NCBI RefSeq assembly: GCF_009914755.1
Contig: NC_060927.1
DNA length: 64,000 bases
Reading direction: 5' to 3' (one strand)
DNA from: the human T2T-CHM13v2.0 reference genome, Homo sapiens
Made by a program: the position numbers and the translations under genes. The notes under the pieces are model-generated. The model had not been told where the DNA came from. It worked only from the letters and a program-made list of their open reading frames with translations, and did no database searches. This document shows, piece after piece, positions 34,211-49,855 of the stretch. Every line of letters starts with the position of its first letter. Positions within the stretch are counted from its first letter, which is position 1.

Positions 34211-34495
34211 AAACTTGTGTGTGTTTGATCCCAACACAGGAAAGAAAAAAAAAAATGAGGGTACAGCTAGGCACTTGGTTTAATGTAGCTCATGGGCCAA
34301 AGACTTAGGAGGCCACTAAGTTAAGAGTATAATGCTTTAAAAATTTGAAATAATCTTGATTTGCATTTATAAAAGTACAGCACCCAGATTAATGAATTTG
34401 ATAGTTCCACAACTTTTTTTCTGCATCAGTTTTCATTTGCGTATTCTGTTCAGTCTTGAGTATTATATTTTAAAGGAGCTTGAAATTAAAGTACC

Positions 34496-34967
34496 TGTAT
34501 TATTTTTCTATTGCTCCCATAACAAATTATCAAAAACTTTGTGGTTTAAAAACAACACAAGTTTATCTTATAGTTCTGTAGGTCAAAAGACCAACATGGG
34601 TCTCACTAGGCTAAACCAGGGTGTCATCAGGGCGGACACTCTGGGGAAAAATCAGTTTCCTTGCCATTCCTAGCTTCTAGAGGCCACCTGCAGTCCTCTG
34701 AGGCCCCTTCCTCCATCTTCGAAGCCAGCGAGAGCTAGTCAAGTCCTCCTATCACATCTCCCTGACCACAGCTGGGAGGGAAAAGTTCACTGCTTTTCAA
34801 GGATTCATGTGACTAGGTTGGACTCCTCCGGATAATCTCCCCATTTCAAAGTCCTTAAACGTTAATCACATCTGCAAAGTCCCTTTTGCCATGGAAGGTA
34901 ACATATTCACAGGTTCTCAGGATTAGGACATGGACATCTTTGAGGGGTGCATTATTTTGCCTATCAC
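34496..34967 (-). mobile_element. MLT1D-like solo LTR
   Basis: tgtattattt...ataacaaattatc...ttctagaggccacctgc...cacatctgcaaagtcccttttgccatg...ggattaggacatggacatctttg. Confidence 0.85.
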
Positions 34968-35142
34968 GGTGCTTGTTGCAGAAGATCCCCAGGATAGTGA
35001 AGGGGTCAAATTGGACTCAGAGAGTCAGACTGAAAAGAATTAAGATGATCTCCAAATTTATTGCCTGGGAGAGAATAAAATAATGTTCATAAAGTGATTA
35101 GTGCAGTAAGTATGTAATAAATGGTTGCTGCTTCAAAGGCTA

Positions 35143-35438
<296 letters not shown>

Positions 35439-35459
<21 letters not shown>

Positions 35460-35549
35460 GGAAGGAAGGAAGCAGGAAGGAGGGAGGGAGGGAGGGAAGA
35501 AAGGAAGGAAAGAAGGGGGAAGGAGGGAGGGAAGGAAGGAAGGAAGGAA
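35439..35549 (+). repeat. Polypurine (GGAA/GGGA)n tract derived from the Alu tail
   Basis: About 110 nt almost exclusively G/A. Confidence 0.9.
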
Positions 35550-35847
35550 TAAAATAAAGAAATATGGTAGCTCAGAAGGGAAAGAAGCTTAGGAATGTGG
35601 CAAGAGATGAAGCAGTATCATATTTTATCTTGCAAAGAATAGAATTTGGGATCCATGTTCTCACTTTACATCAGATCAGCCGGTGGTTTGAATGTCAGAA
35701 AATACTACGTTTACCAAGAACTTTCTTTCACTAGTAAAAAAGTCAGGGAGAATGGAGATGGGGGAGGACTATAGTGGAGAAACAACTTTCTGGCCCTTTT
35801 CTGCCATGATTGTACAATGTATAGCTTCTGAGGAGGAAGGGAAAGTT

Positions 35848-36078
35848 GTCTTTTTGTTTTTTGTTTTTTGAAATGGAGTTTCAAAAAGGAGCCTCAGCCT
35901 CCCGAGTAGCTGGGATTACAGGCACCCACCACCACACCCAGCTAATTTTTGTATTTTTAATAGAGACAGAGTTTCACCATGTTGGCCAGGCTTGTCTTGA
36001 ACTCTTGACCTCAGGTGATCCGCCCGTCTCGGCCTCTCAAAGTGCTGGGATTACAGGCGAGAGCCACTGCAGGTGGCT
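35848..36078 (-). mobile_element. AluS with internal deletion and fold-back junction
   Basis: TSD gggaaagtt on both sides; right-arm segment missing; junction tttttgaaa-tggag-tttcaaaaa. Confidence 0.85.
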
Positions 36079-36152
36079 GGGAAAGTTTTATGAGAGGAAA
36101 GCAAGATATTTGAAGCTCAGAGGACTATCCTTTTCTTTTTTCTTTTTTCCAG

Positions 36153-36491
36153 GAACATATGGGAAAGAAATCCCCTCGGAAACCAAAGCCCAGCCATCGG
36201 AGATTTTAAGATTTTTCAGGCTTTCCTTATAATCTTCCTTACATTTGTCTCTTTAAACACATTTAAGTCGACCTTTGAGAAGTTGCTGATAAGCAGTTAT
36301 CAAACAAGAGTTAGAGTAACAAACCCTCCCACCTCGCTGTGTTGGTTGGTAGCTTCCAAGGCCACTGTAAATGTGTATCAGTGTGAACCTGATCCAGAAA
36401 CAGCCAGGAAGGGAGCAAAGTTTAGTTTAGTCTGTGAGGAAACTGGCGGCTGCTGGTAGTTCCATGCTGTCTGTTCAGACTTCAGCTTGGT
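36153..36491 (+). other. Candidate exon / alternative first exon in unique sequence
   Basis: Strong acceptor (long Y tract, ccag| at 36152) and consensus donor GT|GTAAGT at 36491/36492. Confidence 0.35.
36287..36302. promoter_or_regulatory. Inverted double GATA motif
   Basis: TGATAA-gcag-TTATCA. Confidence 0.35.
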
Positions 36492-37422
36492 GTAAGTAGT
36501 TTTTTTTAAAAAAAACTATTATGACATTTTCATATAAAAAGGATTGTAAGAATAATTTCCATCAAAGATTAAATCAAGTTTCTACCTGGCTCTAAATCTT
36601 AGGGATTAGAACTACTGAAAAGAAAGTTTCAGCACTCAGCAGTAGTTTTATTTTTTTTTAATGGAAAAGAAAGCCGTGAGGTGTATCAGCAAGTGTGCTG
36701 CTAAAACAGGTCCCGCGTGCACGAAATGATTTCTAATGTCTTATGTTGAGTGCAAGTGTTTACAGTTAGAAAATAAAAGTGAGTATGTACCTAGTGCCGA
36801 GAGATTGTTTCTAAGCAGTGCTTAGATTTATCCTCATGTTCTTTCCAGTTGCTTTTCCTCTGGTTTAGATTCATAGTTACAGATTCATGTCAGCAAATAT
36901 TTAGCAGTCTCTCAGATCATTAAATTGGAGGTTTTGATGTTCAAAGAAATTAAAAGAATGAGAATAAAGTAGAACTTAATATCCTGTAACAAGATGTTGG
37001 GATCCAAGATTTAAGAGCAGCAGAATGTATTTTCAAAGAGGAAGAACTTTGTAAAACAGAAGTGGCAAGCAGCCTGAGGTTTCACGCAACTTCGGAGAAA
37101 TCTGTTTTCTTAAGATTTGACATCTGTATGGATTTTTCAGACTAAATTCCCAGTACTATGGTGCGTAAAATGAGTTTCATATATGAAATTAGAGTTGCCG
37201 TGTTTCAGCTCTTCTGTCTTGAGATTAGGATCCAGGAACTACACATTGTTACACAAACATATTGACTTTATTAATGCAGCCATGAGAATGTTAAGGTCGC
37301 ATGTGGTGTTGGAAAGGTTGGTATTTTCTATTTCCCTTTTACCACAATGCATTTTTAAAAAACCTGGTACATGACAATTATATGACTTTTAACTATATAA
37401 AAGGTCGAATTAGCCAGTAGCC

Positions 37423-37573
37423 TTTTTTTTTTTTTTTTTTTTTGAGACGGAGTCTCGCTCTGCAGTGGCACAATCTTGGCTGACTGCAAGGTCCGCCTCC
37501 CGTGTTCAAGTGATTCTCCTGCTTCAGCCTCCCAAGTAGCTTGGATTATAGGCGCCCGCCACCATGCCTGGCT

Positions 37574-37609
<36 letters not shown>

Positions 37610-37725
37610 TAGAGATGGGGTTTCACCATGTTAGCCAGGATGGTCTCGATCTCCTGACCTCGTGATCCACCCGCCTCGGCCTCCCAAAGTGCTGGGATTA
37701 CAGGCGTGAGCCACCGCGCCCGGCC
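37423..37725 (-). mobile_element. AluY/Sc-like with expanded middle poly(A) and small deletion
   Basis: TSD tagccagtagccttt; T32 at 37576-37607. Confidence 0.9.
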
Positions 37726-38289
37726 TAGCCAGTAGCCTTTCAAATCACTGGAGGAGTGCTCAGAAGAGAGATTATTTATATAGACGTTCACTGGGTTTCC
37801 CCTTCCTCTGTCTTCATCTCAGACCTCAGTCTGTTTCTCTATCCTGCTTCTTGTTTCTGCTGTACTGAGCGGGAGCTCAGATCATGGTGCTGGGCCCCAA
37901 CTGAATCTCGGTGAGATGGAATCCAGGACGCGTTGTCCTAAGGCTCTAGGGCTACAATGAACTGAAAACCTTAACTCACCCTCTAGCTTTCTGAATCTCG
38001 TGATTCTAGCCTCTTGAGCTGATTAACTTCTCCAAGTCAATAGCTTCTGCTGGGCCAAGTTCCTCATTTACTTGTTGGTTGAGGAGAAGGAGTGGAGGGC
38101 TGGGGGGTGTCCTGGGAAAGAAGCCAGTGTGGCAGGTAACATTGTTACTAGGGAAGCAGCTATTTTTCTCATGGGACTTGAAATGTTTCAGTCTTTTAAC
38201 AACCTGGAAGGCCATACAGGTGTGTACTAGCCGCATGGTAACAAGCCCCTTTGAAAACAATGTTTTTAACCTCCAGTAGGTGCCCATAC

Positions 38290-39160
<871 letters not shown>

Positions 39161-39199
39161 ACAACTGGTGTCATTAAAATTTATTTCCAACCATAGGAA

Positions 39200-40625
39200 T
39201 TTTTTGAATAGATGATATATTCACATTTCCAAGACCAAAACATATCAACTTCCCACTCCAGCCAGTTCTCCATCCATTCAGCTCCCATTCAGGGTCCCCA
39301 AACCACGGCTATTATTTTTCCATGTATCTTTCCAGAGTTTCTTGATATATGTAGTAAGGAAATATAAAAGTATAAATAGATTCTTATTTCCCTCCTTTTT
39401 ACACATAACATTATACGTAATGTTCTAAATGTTTTCAGTTGTAATATATGTTGAATCTCTTTCCATGTAAGTACATAGAGAGTGTCCTCATTTTTAAATA
39501 GCTGCCTACTAATCCATTGTACGGATGTACTGTAATTTATATAACCAGTCACCTGTTGATAGACATTTTGGTTGTTTCCAGTGTCTTCCTATTGTAAACA
39601 ATGCTGAAGTTCATAGCCTTGTACATGTATCATTTTATACATGCATACAGTATATCCATATGACTAAATTCCCCAAAGTAGAATTACTGGATCAAAAGGT
39701 ATCATAAATATTGCCTAACTGCCTTCTTTAGGGATTGTACCAATGTGTACTCCCCCCCCCCATTATAAGAGTACTGTTTCTCATATCCTTGCCAACAGAA
39801 TCATCAGACTTTTGGATTTTTGCCAGTTTGATAGGTTAAATAATGGTTTCAGCATAGTGTTTGTTTTTTAGAATTTACAATAAAATTTGTGTTGAAGTTT
39901 TAAAAACTAATTTTCATTTTTAATTGTGGTTAAAAATCCTATAACATAGGTAACCATTTTTAAGTGTACAGTTCGGTAGTGTTAAGTATATTCACGTTCT
40001 TGTGCAACAGATTTCCAGGACACTTCTGTCTTGTGAAACTGAAATTCTATACTCATTAAATAACAACTCTCCACTTCCTCCTCCTGCTAACTCCTAGCAA
40101 CTACCATTCTACTTTCTGTTTCAATGAATGACTAGTAGCTATCTCATGTAAGTGGAATCACACAGTAATTATCCTTTTGTGGCTGGCTTATTTCACTTAG
40201 CCTAATGTCCTCAAGGCTTATCCATGATGTAGTATATGGCAGGATTTCCTTCATTTGTAAGGTGAACAATATCCCATTGTATGTATATGCCATGTCCTGT
40301 TTATCCATTCATTCATCAATAGATATTTGGGTTGCTTCTACCTCTTGGCTATTGCGAATAAGGCCTCTGTGAACATGGATGTGCAGATATCTCTTTGAGG
40401 TCCTGCTTTCAGTTCTTTTGGCTATATACCCAGCAATGGGATTGTTGGATCATATGGTAATTCTATTTTTAATTTTTTGAGGAACCACCATACGTTTTCC
40501 ATAGCAGCTATACCATTTTATCATAGTTTTAATTTGTATTTCTTTCATTATGAGAGGGGTTGAGCATCTTTTCATATTTAAAATAAATGCCTTTTTCTTC
40601 TGTGAACTCTTCATATTCTTTGCCA
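39200..40625 (-). mobile_element. Old L1 3' fragments (L1ME/MC host with L1MB insert at ~39915-40520)
   Basis: ttttaagtgtacagttcggtagtgttaagtatattcac...gtaagtggaatcacacag...ggatcatatggtaattctatttttaattttttgaggaacc. Confidence 0.75.
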
Positions 40626-40709
40626 GTAATGGAATTTTTTTCCTATTTTTAATTTGATAACATTTTTTGTTCTTGTGCCCTTGAGTTTTCCAAATTTATA
40701 AGCTAGTCT

Positions 40710-40900
40710 AGTAGTCGTACATACAGGTATGGAATAAGACTACCTGGGTTTGAATTCTAGATCTACTAATAGCTGTGCAATCTTGATTGGACAAGTTACT
40801 GAACCTTTCTGAGCCACATTTTCTTATTTGTTAAATTGGAATAACATTGGATTGTTGTAAAGATGAGATGATGTATATTAGATACTTAGTATAGGGCTAG
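40710..40900 (+). mobile_element. MIR
   Basis: acctgggtttgaattct...agctgtgcaatctt...caagttactgaacctttctgagcc. Confidence 0.7.
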
Positions 40901-41135
40901 TATGATAAGGCAAAAACAAAAAAGGAAAAAGAAATTAAAAGACCTAAAGTGCAGAAAAGAAATAAAACTGTCATTAACAGATGACATGATTGTATGCATA
41001 AAAAACCTTATACAATCTATAAAAAAAACTTGAACTAATTAATGAACTTAGTAAGGCCACAGGTTAGAGTCAACATAAAAATCATACTAGAAACAACAGC
41101 TAAAATAGGTGAAAATATCACCATTAAAAATATCT

Positions 41136-41650
<515 letters not shown>

Positions 41651-42124
41651 CTATACTCAAGACTGTAAAACATTGCTGAGAAAAACTTAACAACTCAGAA
41701 ATAGAAAGTGCAATATATATATACCATGATCATGGATATAAATTGTTAAGGTGCCATTTCTCCCTAAATCAGTCTGTAGATCTAATGCATTCCCAATCAA
41801 AATTTCAGCAGGCAATATTGACGAAATTGACAAGCTATTTCTAAATTTTTTGTGAAAATACAAAAGATATACAATAGCTAAAACAATCTTGAAAAGTAAC
41901 AAAAAGGTAAATGACTTATAATACGTGACTTGAACACTTAACTCTGAAACAATAATCAAGACAGTGTGATATTGCCTTGAGGACAGGCAGATTTGTCGGT
42001 GGAACAGAATAGGGAAATCAGAAATAGATTCACACATATAAGGTCAATTGATTTTTGATCAGGTGGTGAGTCAGTTCAATGAAAAAAGAGTAGTTTTCTT
42101 TAACATGTTGCTGAAACAATGGAT

Positions 42125-42433
42125 TTTCTTTTTTTTTTTTTCTTTTTTTCTTTGAGATGAAGTCTCGCTCTGTCACCCAGGCTGGAGTCCAGTGGTGCCA
42201 TCTCGGCTCACTGCAATCCGCCTCCTGGGTTCAAGCAATTCTCCTGCCTCAGCCTCCCGAGTAGCTGGGATTACAGGTGAGTGCCACCACACGTGGCTAA
42301 TTTTTGTATTTTTAGTAGAGACGGTGTTTCACCATGTTGGCCAGGCTAGTCTCGAATTCCTAACCTCAAGTGATCTGCCTGCCTCGGCCTCCCAAAGTGC
42401 TGGGATTACAGGCATGAGCCACCTCGCCCAGCC
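42125..42433 (-). mobile_element. AluS (Sz-like)
   Basis: TSD aatggattttctt. Confidence 0.9.
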
Positions 42434-43082
42434 AACAAATGGATTTTCTTATAGGGGGAAAAAATTTCATGCCTCTCTCACTCTACACAAAACTGCAATA
42501 GACATGGATGTACTGATAAATAGACATGGATCATAGATCTAAACATAGAACCAGAAACCTTAAAAAAAAAAAACAGCAATCTTGGGTTATGCAAAGATTT
42601 CTTGAGAAGGACACTAAAAGCACTAACCATAATAGTACATTAAATACAATTAAATGAACTTATTGCAAGAACTTCTTAGGACCTTTAATATGTTAATGTT
42701 TCTAGTAAGAGGACCATGCAGCATTTTCTAAAGTGTTTGATCACAGAATCCTTTATTCATCTGGAACATGGAACATACTTGGAGAAGTGTTGCTTTGATT
42801 CTCTCCTCAAAATATAGTATTTTTGAGAGCTATAATAAGCCCCCTCTTTGATACAAAATAATGTAATTGGATCCCCTTCCCTTCAACAACTCGAGTAAAG
42901 AAAACCCTTCTGCCCAAAGAGCTGTGATTACACCCCATCCCCTATTTGCTGGTTGGCCAGCCAACTGTTGCAGTTACTCTAGGCTAATGTCACATTACAG
43001 CAGAATTCACCCTAGTAAGAGGGGCAAAGAGTGACTAAAGGTGCAAAGCATTTTTCATTTTCCTTGCTGCAGGTTCCATATA

Positions 43083-43376
43083 TATTGTCCCTCAGTATCG
43101 GTGGAGGATTGGTTCCACGACCTCCTAGGGATAACAAAATCCAAGGATGTTCAGATTCCTTATATAAAACCTATGTAACCTATGCACATCCTCTCATATA
43201 CTTTAAATCATCTCTAATTATTTATAATACCTAATGCAATGTAAATGCTATGTGAATCATTGTTATACTTTATTATTTATGAAATAAGAAAGCCTATACA
43301 TGTTCAGTACAGATGCAATTTTTTCCCCAAATATTTTCAATTTACAGATAGTGAGGAGGATAAGGAGGGCCAACTG
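43083..43376. mobile_element. MER2 (Tigger-family MITE)
   Basis: TIR-like ttgtccctcagtatc ... gataaggagggccaactg-TA; internal tactttaaatcatctcta...cctaatgcaatgtaaatgctatg. Confidence 0.85.
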
Positions 43377-43783
43377 TACTGGCTTGGCCTGCTCAGCCCT
43401 CCTCTCTCACTGCCTAGCAAACTCCAGGTTATTAACCCTTTGCTTCTCTGTACTCAGCTCCTATAGTCCTAGTTCCTAATGGCTTGAAGGGCTGTAGACT
43501 GACAGTCTTTATGCATTCTAGATTCTGTAGCATGCCTGGTCTCTGACTCATAGTTTACTGATGAATCAGATTCCCCTACCTGCTGTTGCTGCCCATGAAC
43601 TGAAGTTTTATGGAATATGAGTTGTCACATAAGAAGTAGGAGAGGAACCAGAAGAGAGAGTAGAGGCCAAACTTCACCTTAACCAGAATTTGACCCAAGG
43701 CCCATCCTGTTCAGGAAAATAAATCTCAAAAAGAAGTCAAAATGGAATGTAATGTCAGAATAAATATAAAAAGAAAAGAAATT

Positions 43784-44090
43784 GGCTGGGTGTGGTGGCT
43801 CACACCTGTAATCCCAGCACTTTGGGAGGCTGAGGTGGGCAGATAGCTTGAGGTCTGGAGTTCAAGACCAGCCTGGCCAACATGGTGAAACCCCATCTCT
43901 ACTAAAAATACAAAAATTAGCTGGGCATGGTGGCACATGCCTATAGTTGCAGCTACTCAGGAGGCTGAGGCAGGAAAACCACTTGAACATAGGAGGCGGA
44001 GGCTGCAGTAAGCCGAGATGGCGCCATTGCACTCCAGCCTGGGTGACAGAGTGAGACTCTGTCTCAAAAAAAAAAAAAAAAGAAAAGAAA
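43784..44090 (+). mobile_element. AluS
   Basis: Full Alu; aaaagaaaagaaa on both flanks. Confidence 0.9.
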
Positions 44091-44593
44091 GTTTAAGGAA
44101 GTATCCCTATAATATTTCTGGATTGTATTTTTAAAATTGAACTACTGTTATAGATATCAGTTTCTCCTGAATGTGGAAAGCTAATAATGAGATATGGAAA
44201 TGTCATCAATGTCATCTGAATAGGGCTTACTAGATAGACTATACATGACTGGAAGTTAAAAGGCTTTAACTTTAGATCTGCCACTAATTTGCCTTTTGAT
44301 AGCAAAATATACTCTTTTAAAGAAAAAAATTATTGCCCTCCCCTTATTACAAAAAAAGTATGAATATATGTGTGTTTATGTCTGTATCTATGTACATGTA
44401 CACCAGGATCTGTCCTAGATACTTCCTCATGTGCCATCTTATTTAATCATCTGTCTGTGTCTCAGCTCCTCAACCTGGAAAATGGGATAATAATATCTCA
44501 TTCTGCCTTCCTCACAGAACAACAAACGTGATTATAATGAAACAATAAAATATACTACTTTGAGCATGACTCTGTAATTTAAAGACTAAATCT

Positions 44594-44765
<172 letters not shown>

Positions 44766-45486
44766 TGAGATGCGTAGCAGTGGTTTCCATAGCAAAATGA
44801 TGTGATGAATCCTGGTAAAATTCATTTCAAAATACACTTGCAATACAAACTTAGAAGAAGCAACTTACACAGGATGTTTCACAGACACTCACAGAACACC
44901 TGGAAAGTACAGCAGCCTTTTCTCTAATTTTCAATAAAGGCAACACAAAGTAAACACACGCTTTACGGTATTTTATGACACATCTCATCTAAGAAAAATG
45001 GGCAAGAGAAACACTTAGGCAAATAAGTGGAGGCAGAATGCCAACGCAGATGATAATGAAAAGAATTTCACATCAGAACTTGAAAACTGATTTCGGGCCT
45101 GTGTTAACATAAAATGGGTGTTTAGAAGATGAGAAATTCCACAGAAGGCATATAGGGGGTTGTAGGAGGTGAAAGGAAAGAGGCTTATATAACTCTAATA
45201 CTTATTAACCTGGACCTAGTCACTGAAACTTGATCTCTTTTCTAGCAACCTGATTCTTTATTATTTATAATCAGAAGGTTTAAGAACTACTGGGCCTCAC
45301 CTCTAGGCTGTCTTTCCATTGTCTGTCCAGTTTTCAGAATTTAATAATATGGTGGGGGTGGGGAGGGGACACAATAGCTCCCAAGTATCTAGGAAACTAC
45401 AAATTTTCCTCACTAAAACTCCCTAAAATAACTAGGTTAACACAAACTAGGAAACAAGCTCATCAAGGAAAGACCATAAAAAGTCA

Positions 45487-45943
<457 letters not shown>

Positions 45944-46554
45944 CTAGAACTTTTCCCAGTCAAAAGGCTCAAGAATCAAGTGTTCAAACAATGTACTTAA
46001 GAAATTATACAAGAAATGACTTAGAAGCCATAAGTAGCAAGTTGGAAATTACTAACATATAAGTGGATGTTAATAGTGCTGGTTCACTGAATAAGGAAAA
46101 TATTATGAAAACCTTACAACTTAGTACAGAAGTTGCCTTCATTATATAACATTACCCCTATGCCTATCAAATTAATTCTTCAATTTTGATATTTTTTATT
46201 TCTAGCATTTCTTCTTGATTCTTTTTTATACTTTCCATCTCTGTGGTCAACTTCCCCATTTGTTCATGCTCCCCTTTCCTGCTACATCCTTTAACAGAGG
46301 GAATAATTGTGATGGCAGTTACATGAATCCACATATAAGTTAAAACTCTTAGAACTATACACCATAAAAAGTCAATTTTACTTGTGTTAATTTACAAAGA
46401 ATGAGATTCTGGCCTGTTTAAAGCAAAAATAATAACAATGTATAATAGAGTTAAGAGTGTATAAGGAAGTAAAAGACATAATAACAAGAGCACAAAAGGT
46501 GGAAACAAAATAGTGTGGTATATGAGGTATAATAAGTGTAATAAGTTAAAATTA

Positions 46555-46898
<344 letters not shown>

Positions 46899-46918
46899 AT
46901 AAAATGCTATCTCTAGAA

Positions 46919-47095
46919 CAGTGTGTTCTCGAAGTGTGTTCTGCAGACCAGCAGCATCAATATTACCTGGGATCTTGTTAGAGATGAAATTTTTGGGCTC
47001 CACCCCAGGCCTAACTGAATCAGAAACTCTGGGGGTATGGTACCATGATTTGTTTTTCTGTGACTGTGATGCATGCTAAACTTTACAAAACATTG
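46919..47095. mobile_element. MER5A-like hAT MITE
   Basis: cagtgtgttctcgaagtg...gaccagcagcatc...ctgaatcagaaactctgggg...aaacattg; flanks ctctagaa / ctttagag. Confidence 0.85.
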
Positions 47096-47103
47096 CTTTA
47101 GAG

Positions 47104-47328
47104 CAGGGGCTGGGAAATTTTTTTCTATAAAGGGCCACATATAAATATCTTCAGGTTTTGTGAGCCATGTAGTCTCTGTAGCAACTACCTAATTCTGCCA
47201 TTGTAGCACAAATGCAGCTATAGACAATAAATAAATGAAGGAGAGAGGCTGTGTTCTAATGAAGTGTTATTTGTAAAAATAAGCAGCCAGCTGGATTTGG
47301 CCCGTGGGCTATAGTTTGTCTACCTCTG
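47104..47328. mobile_element. MER58A-like hAT MITE
   Basis: caggggctgggaaattt...tctataaagggcca...ggatttggcccgtgggctatagtttg; flanks ctttagag / ctttacag. Confidence 0.85.
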
Positions 47329-48084
47329 CTTTACAGCAACTATTCACACACAGATACAGCTAAAATGGTGAAAAGAAAATAAAAGGAAACATTAAAACAT
47401 ACAGACAGCCCTCACTTAGTTATATGGGACTCTAAAAATGATCATGCAAGCTGAAACTATGCAAAGCAGTTTTAATAACCAATGGGAAAAGTTATTATTG
47501 TTTTGTGACCTTTAATTATTTCTTTTCCTTTTTTTTTTTGTCAAAATATATTTGGTAAGGGGTGGAGGGGAGGTGTCTTATTGACTGGAAAGATGCACCA
47601 GGGAACTTTCTAGAGGTTATAAAAATGTTTTAGGTCTTGTTTTGGGTGGTGGTTACATGAATGTATAGCATTGTCAGCATTATACTGAGCACGAGATTAT
47701 GAGTTTAATGTATGTAAAGAATATATAATCAAAGATTTTTTAATGATACAAAAGGTGTGGAATAAAGTATGCAGTTCACATTAGGTGACATTCTTATTGC
47801 AAATAAAACCTGATGTAAACTATGGGGTACTTCCCTGTATCCAAGGAAAAGAGGCGACAGGGCACTGTAGGGAGAAGAAGCAGTGAGGCCATGCAGCCTA
47901 ATAGGTTGGGAGAAGGAGCAGTTGCATTTGACTAGAGTGAATATTAAGGAAGTGGCAGGAAATGAGGACAGAGAAGTTGCTAAAGACGCATCAGGAATGG
48001 CTTTAGGTACCAAGTTAAGGAATGTGTACTTTATCCTGAGGATGATGAGAAACTTCCCTAAGATATTTCAGGGCTTAAGTGTCC

Positions 48085-48628
48085 CTTTTCTTTTTATAAG
48101 GACACCAGTCACTGGATTTAGAGCCCATCTGATATGGTTGGCTGTGTCCCCACCCAAAATTTCATCTTGAATTGTAATCCCCATAATCCTCACGTGTCAA
48201 GGGCGGGACCAGGTGGAGGTAATTAGATCACGGGGGTAGTTTGCTCTATGCCGTTCTTGTGATAGTGAGTAAGTCTCACAAGATCTGATGGTTTTATAAG
48301 GGTCTGGCATTTCCCCTGCTGGCACTCACTCTGTTCTGCCATGCTGTGAAGAAGGTGCTTGCTTCTCTTTTGCCTTCCACCATGATTGTAAGTTTCCTGA
48401 GGCCTCCCCAGCAATGCGGAACTGTGAGTCAGTTAAACATCTTTCCTTTATAAATGATCCATTCTCTGCTATTTCTTCATAGCAGTGTGAGAAAGGACTA
48501 TTACACCATCCTATCCAGTCTGACTTCATATTAACTTAACTAATGTAATACTTTATTTCCAAATAAAGTTACATTCTGAGATTCTGGGTAAATGTGAATT
48601 TTGGGGGCATACTATTCAACACACCACA
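48085..48628 (-). mobile_element. MLT1 LTR (5' half) split by THE1D
   Basis: ttttataaggacaccagtcactggatttagagccc [THE1] ...atttccaaataaagttacattctgag...tattcaacacaccaca. Confidence 0.75.
48130..48505 (+). mobile_element. THE1 (THE1D-like) solo LTR
   Basis: tgatatggttggctgtgtccccacccaaa...ggactattaca, 376 bp, with a perfect TSD ccatc. Confidence 0.92.
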
Positions 48629-48629
48629 A

Positions 48630-49071
48630 CACCAAATAGTGTCCCCCCAAAATTCACGTCCACCAGAACTTCAAAATGTGACCGTATTTGGAAACAGGCT
48701 CTTTATAGATGTAATTAGTTACATATGAGGTCATAGTAGTTAGGGTGGACTCTAAATCCAACAACTGGTATCCTTATAAGAAGAGGAGAGGACACACAGA
48801 GAAATATATAGAGAAGAGGACCATGTAAAGACAGAGGTTGAGACTGGAGTGAAGAAGCTATAAGCCAAGGAGCATCAAAGATTTCCAGGAGCCATCAGAA
48901 GCTATGAAGAGGCAAGGAACGGTTTTTTCCCAAAGCCTTCAGCAGGAGCATGGGCCTGCCAACACCTTGATTTTGGAGTTCTAGCCTCTAGAACTGTAAA
49001 AGAAAAAATTTCTGTTGTTTTAAGCCACCAGTTTGTGATAATTTGTTGAAATATGCCCGGGAAACTAATGC
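48630..49071 (+). mobile_element. MLT1B/C-like LTR
   Basis: gtccccccaaaattcacgtc...aatgtgaccgtatttggaaacagg...gaggcaaggaa...ctgttgttttaagccaccagtttgtg...gaaactaatgca. Confidence 0.85.
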
Positions 49072-49107
49072 AACGTTTAACCCACATTCTGCTTTCTGTG
49101 TTAAGCC

Positions 49108-49855
49108 TGTGGTAGTGATTTTAAGGCATGTCTAAATTTTCTTTTTTATTCCTCCCTTTAAGAGGTATAGCCTAATTCCTCTCCCCTTGGGTGTGGGCTG
49201 GACCTAATGACTAGCTTCTAATGAATAGAATAAAGAAGGAGCAAGAGGCTTCAAGTTTCCAGCCTTGGAGACCAGGTCAGAGATTGGCAAACTATAGTCC
49301 ACAGGCTGACTGCCTATTTTATAAATAAAGTTTTATTGGAACACGCCATGCCTATTTATTTGTGTATTCTATGTGGCTGTTTTTACATGACAACAACTGA
49401 GATGAGTAGCTGTGATACAGACTATAAGGCATACAAATCTAAAATATTTACTATCTAGCACTTTAAGAAAAAGTTTGCCAAGCCCTGAACTAGGTCATAA
49501 GAAGCACTGCAGCTTTTTGCTTGCTGTGAATAACTTGCTCTAGGGGAAGCCAGCTGCCTTGTCATGAGGAGACTCAGATGTCCCTGCAGAAAGGCCCACG
49601 TGACAAGTAACCAAGGCCTCCTGCAAACAGCCATGTGAGTGAACAATTTTGGAAGTAGTTCCTCCAGCCTTCAGGTGACTACATCCCTGGTCAACTGCTT
49701 GACTGCAACTTAATGAGAGACCCTGAGCCAGAACCACTCACCCATGCTGCTCCGAGATTCCTGCCCCTCAGAGACTGTATGAGAAAATAAATGTTAGTTG
49801 CTTTGAGTTGTTACGTTTTGGGGCAATCTGCATGCTGCAGTGCACAAGTAGTATA
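49108..49855 (+). mobile_element. MLT1F-like LTR split by MER58A
   Basis: ccccttgggtgtgggctggacctaatgactagcttctaatgaatagaat...tgactgcaacttaatgagagaccctgagccagaaccac. Confidence 0.75.
49278..49487. mobile_element. MER58A-like hAT MITE
   Basis: cagagattggcaaacta...aaaagtttgccaagccctg; flanks gaccaggt / aactaggt. Confidence 0.85.
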
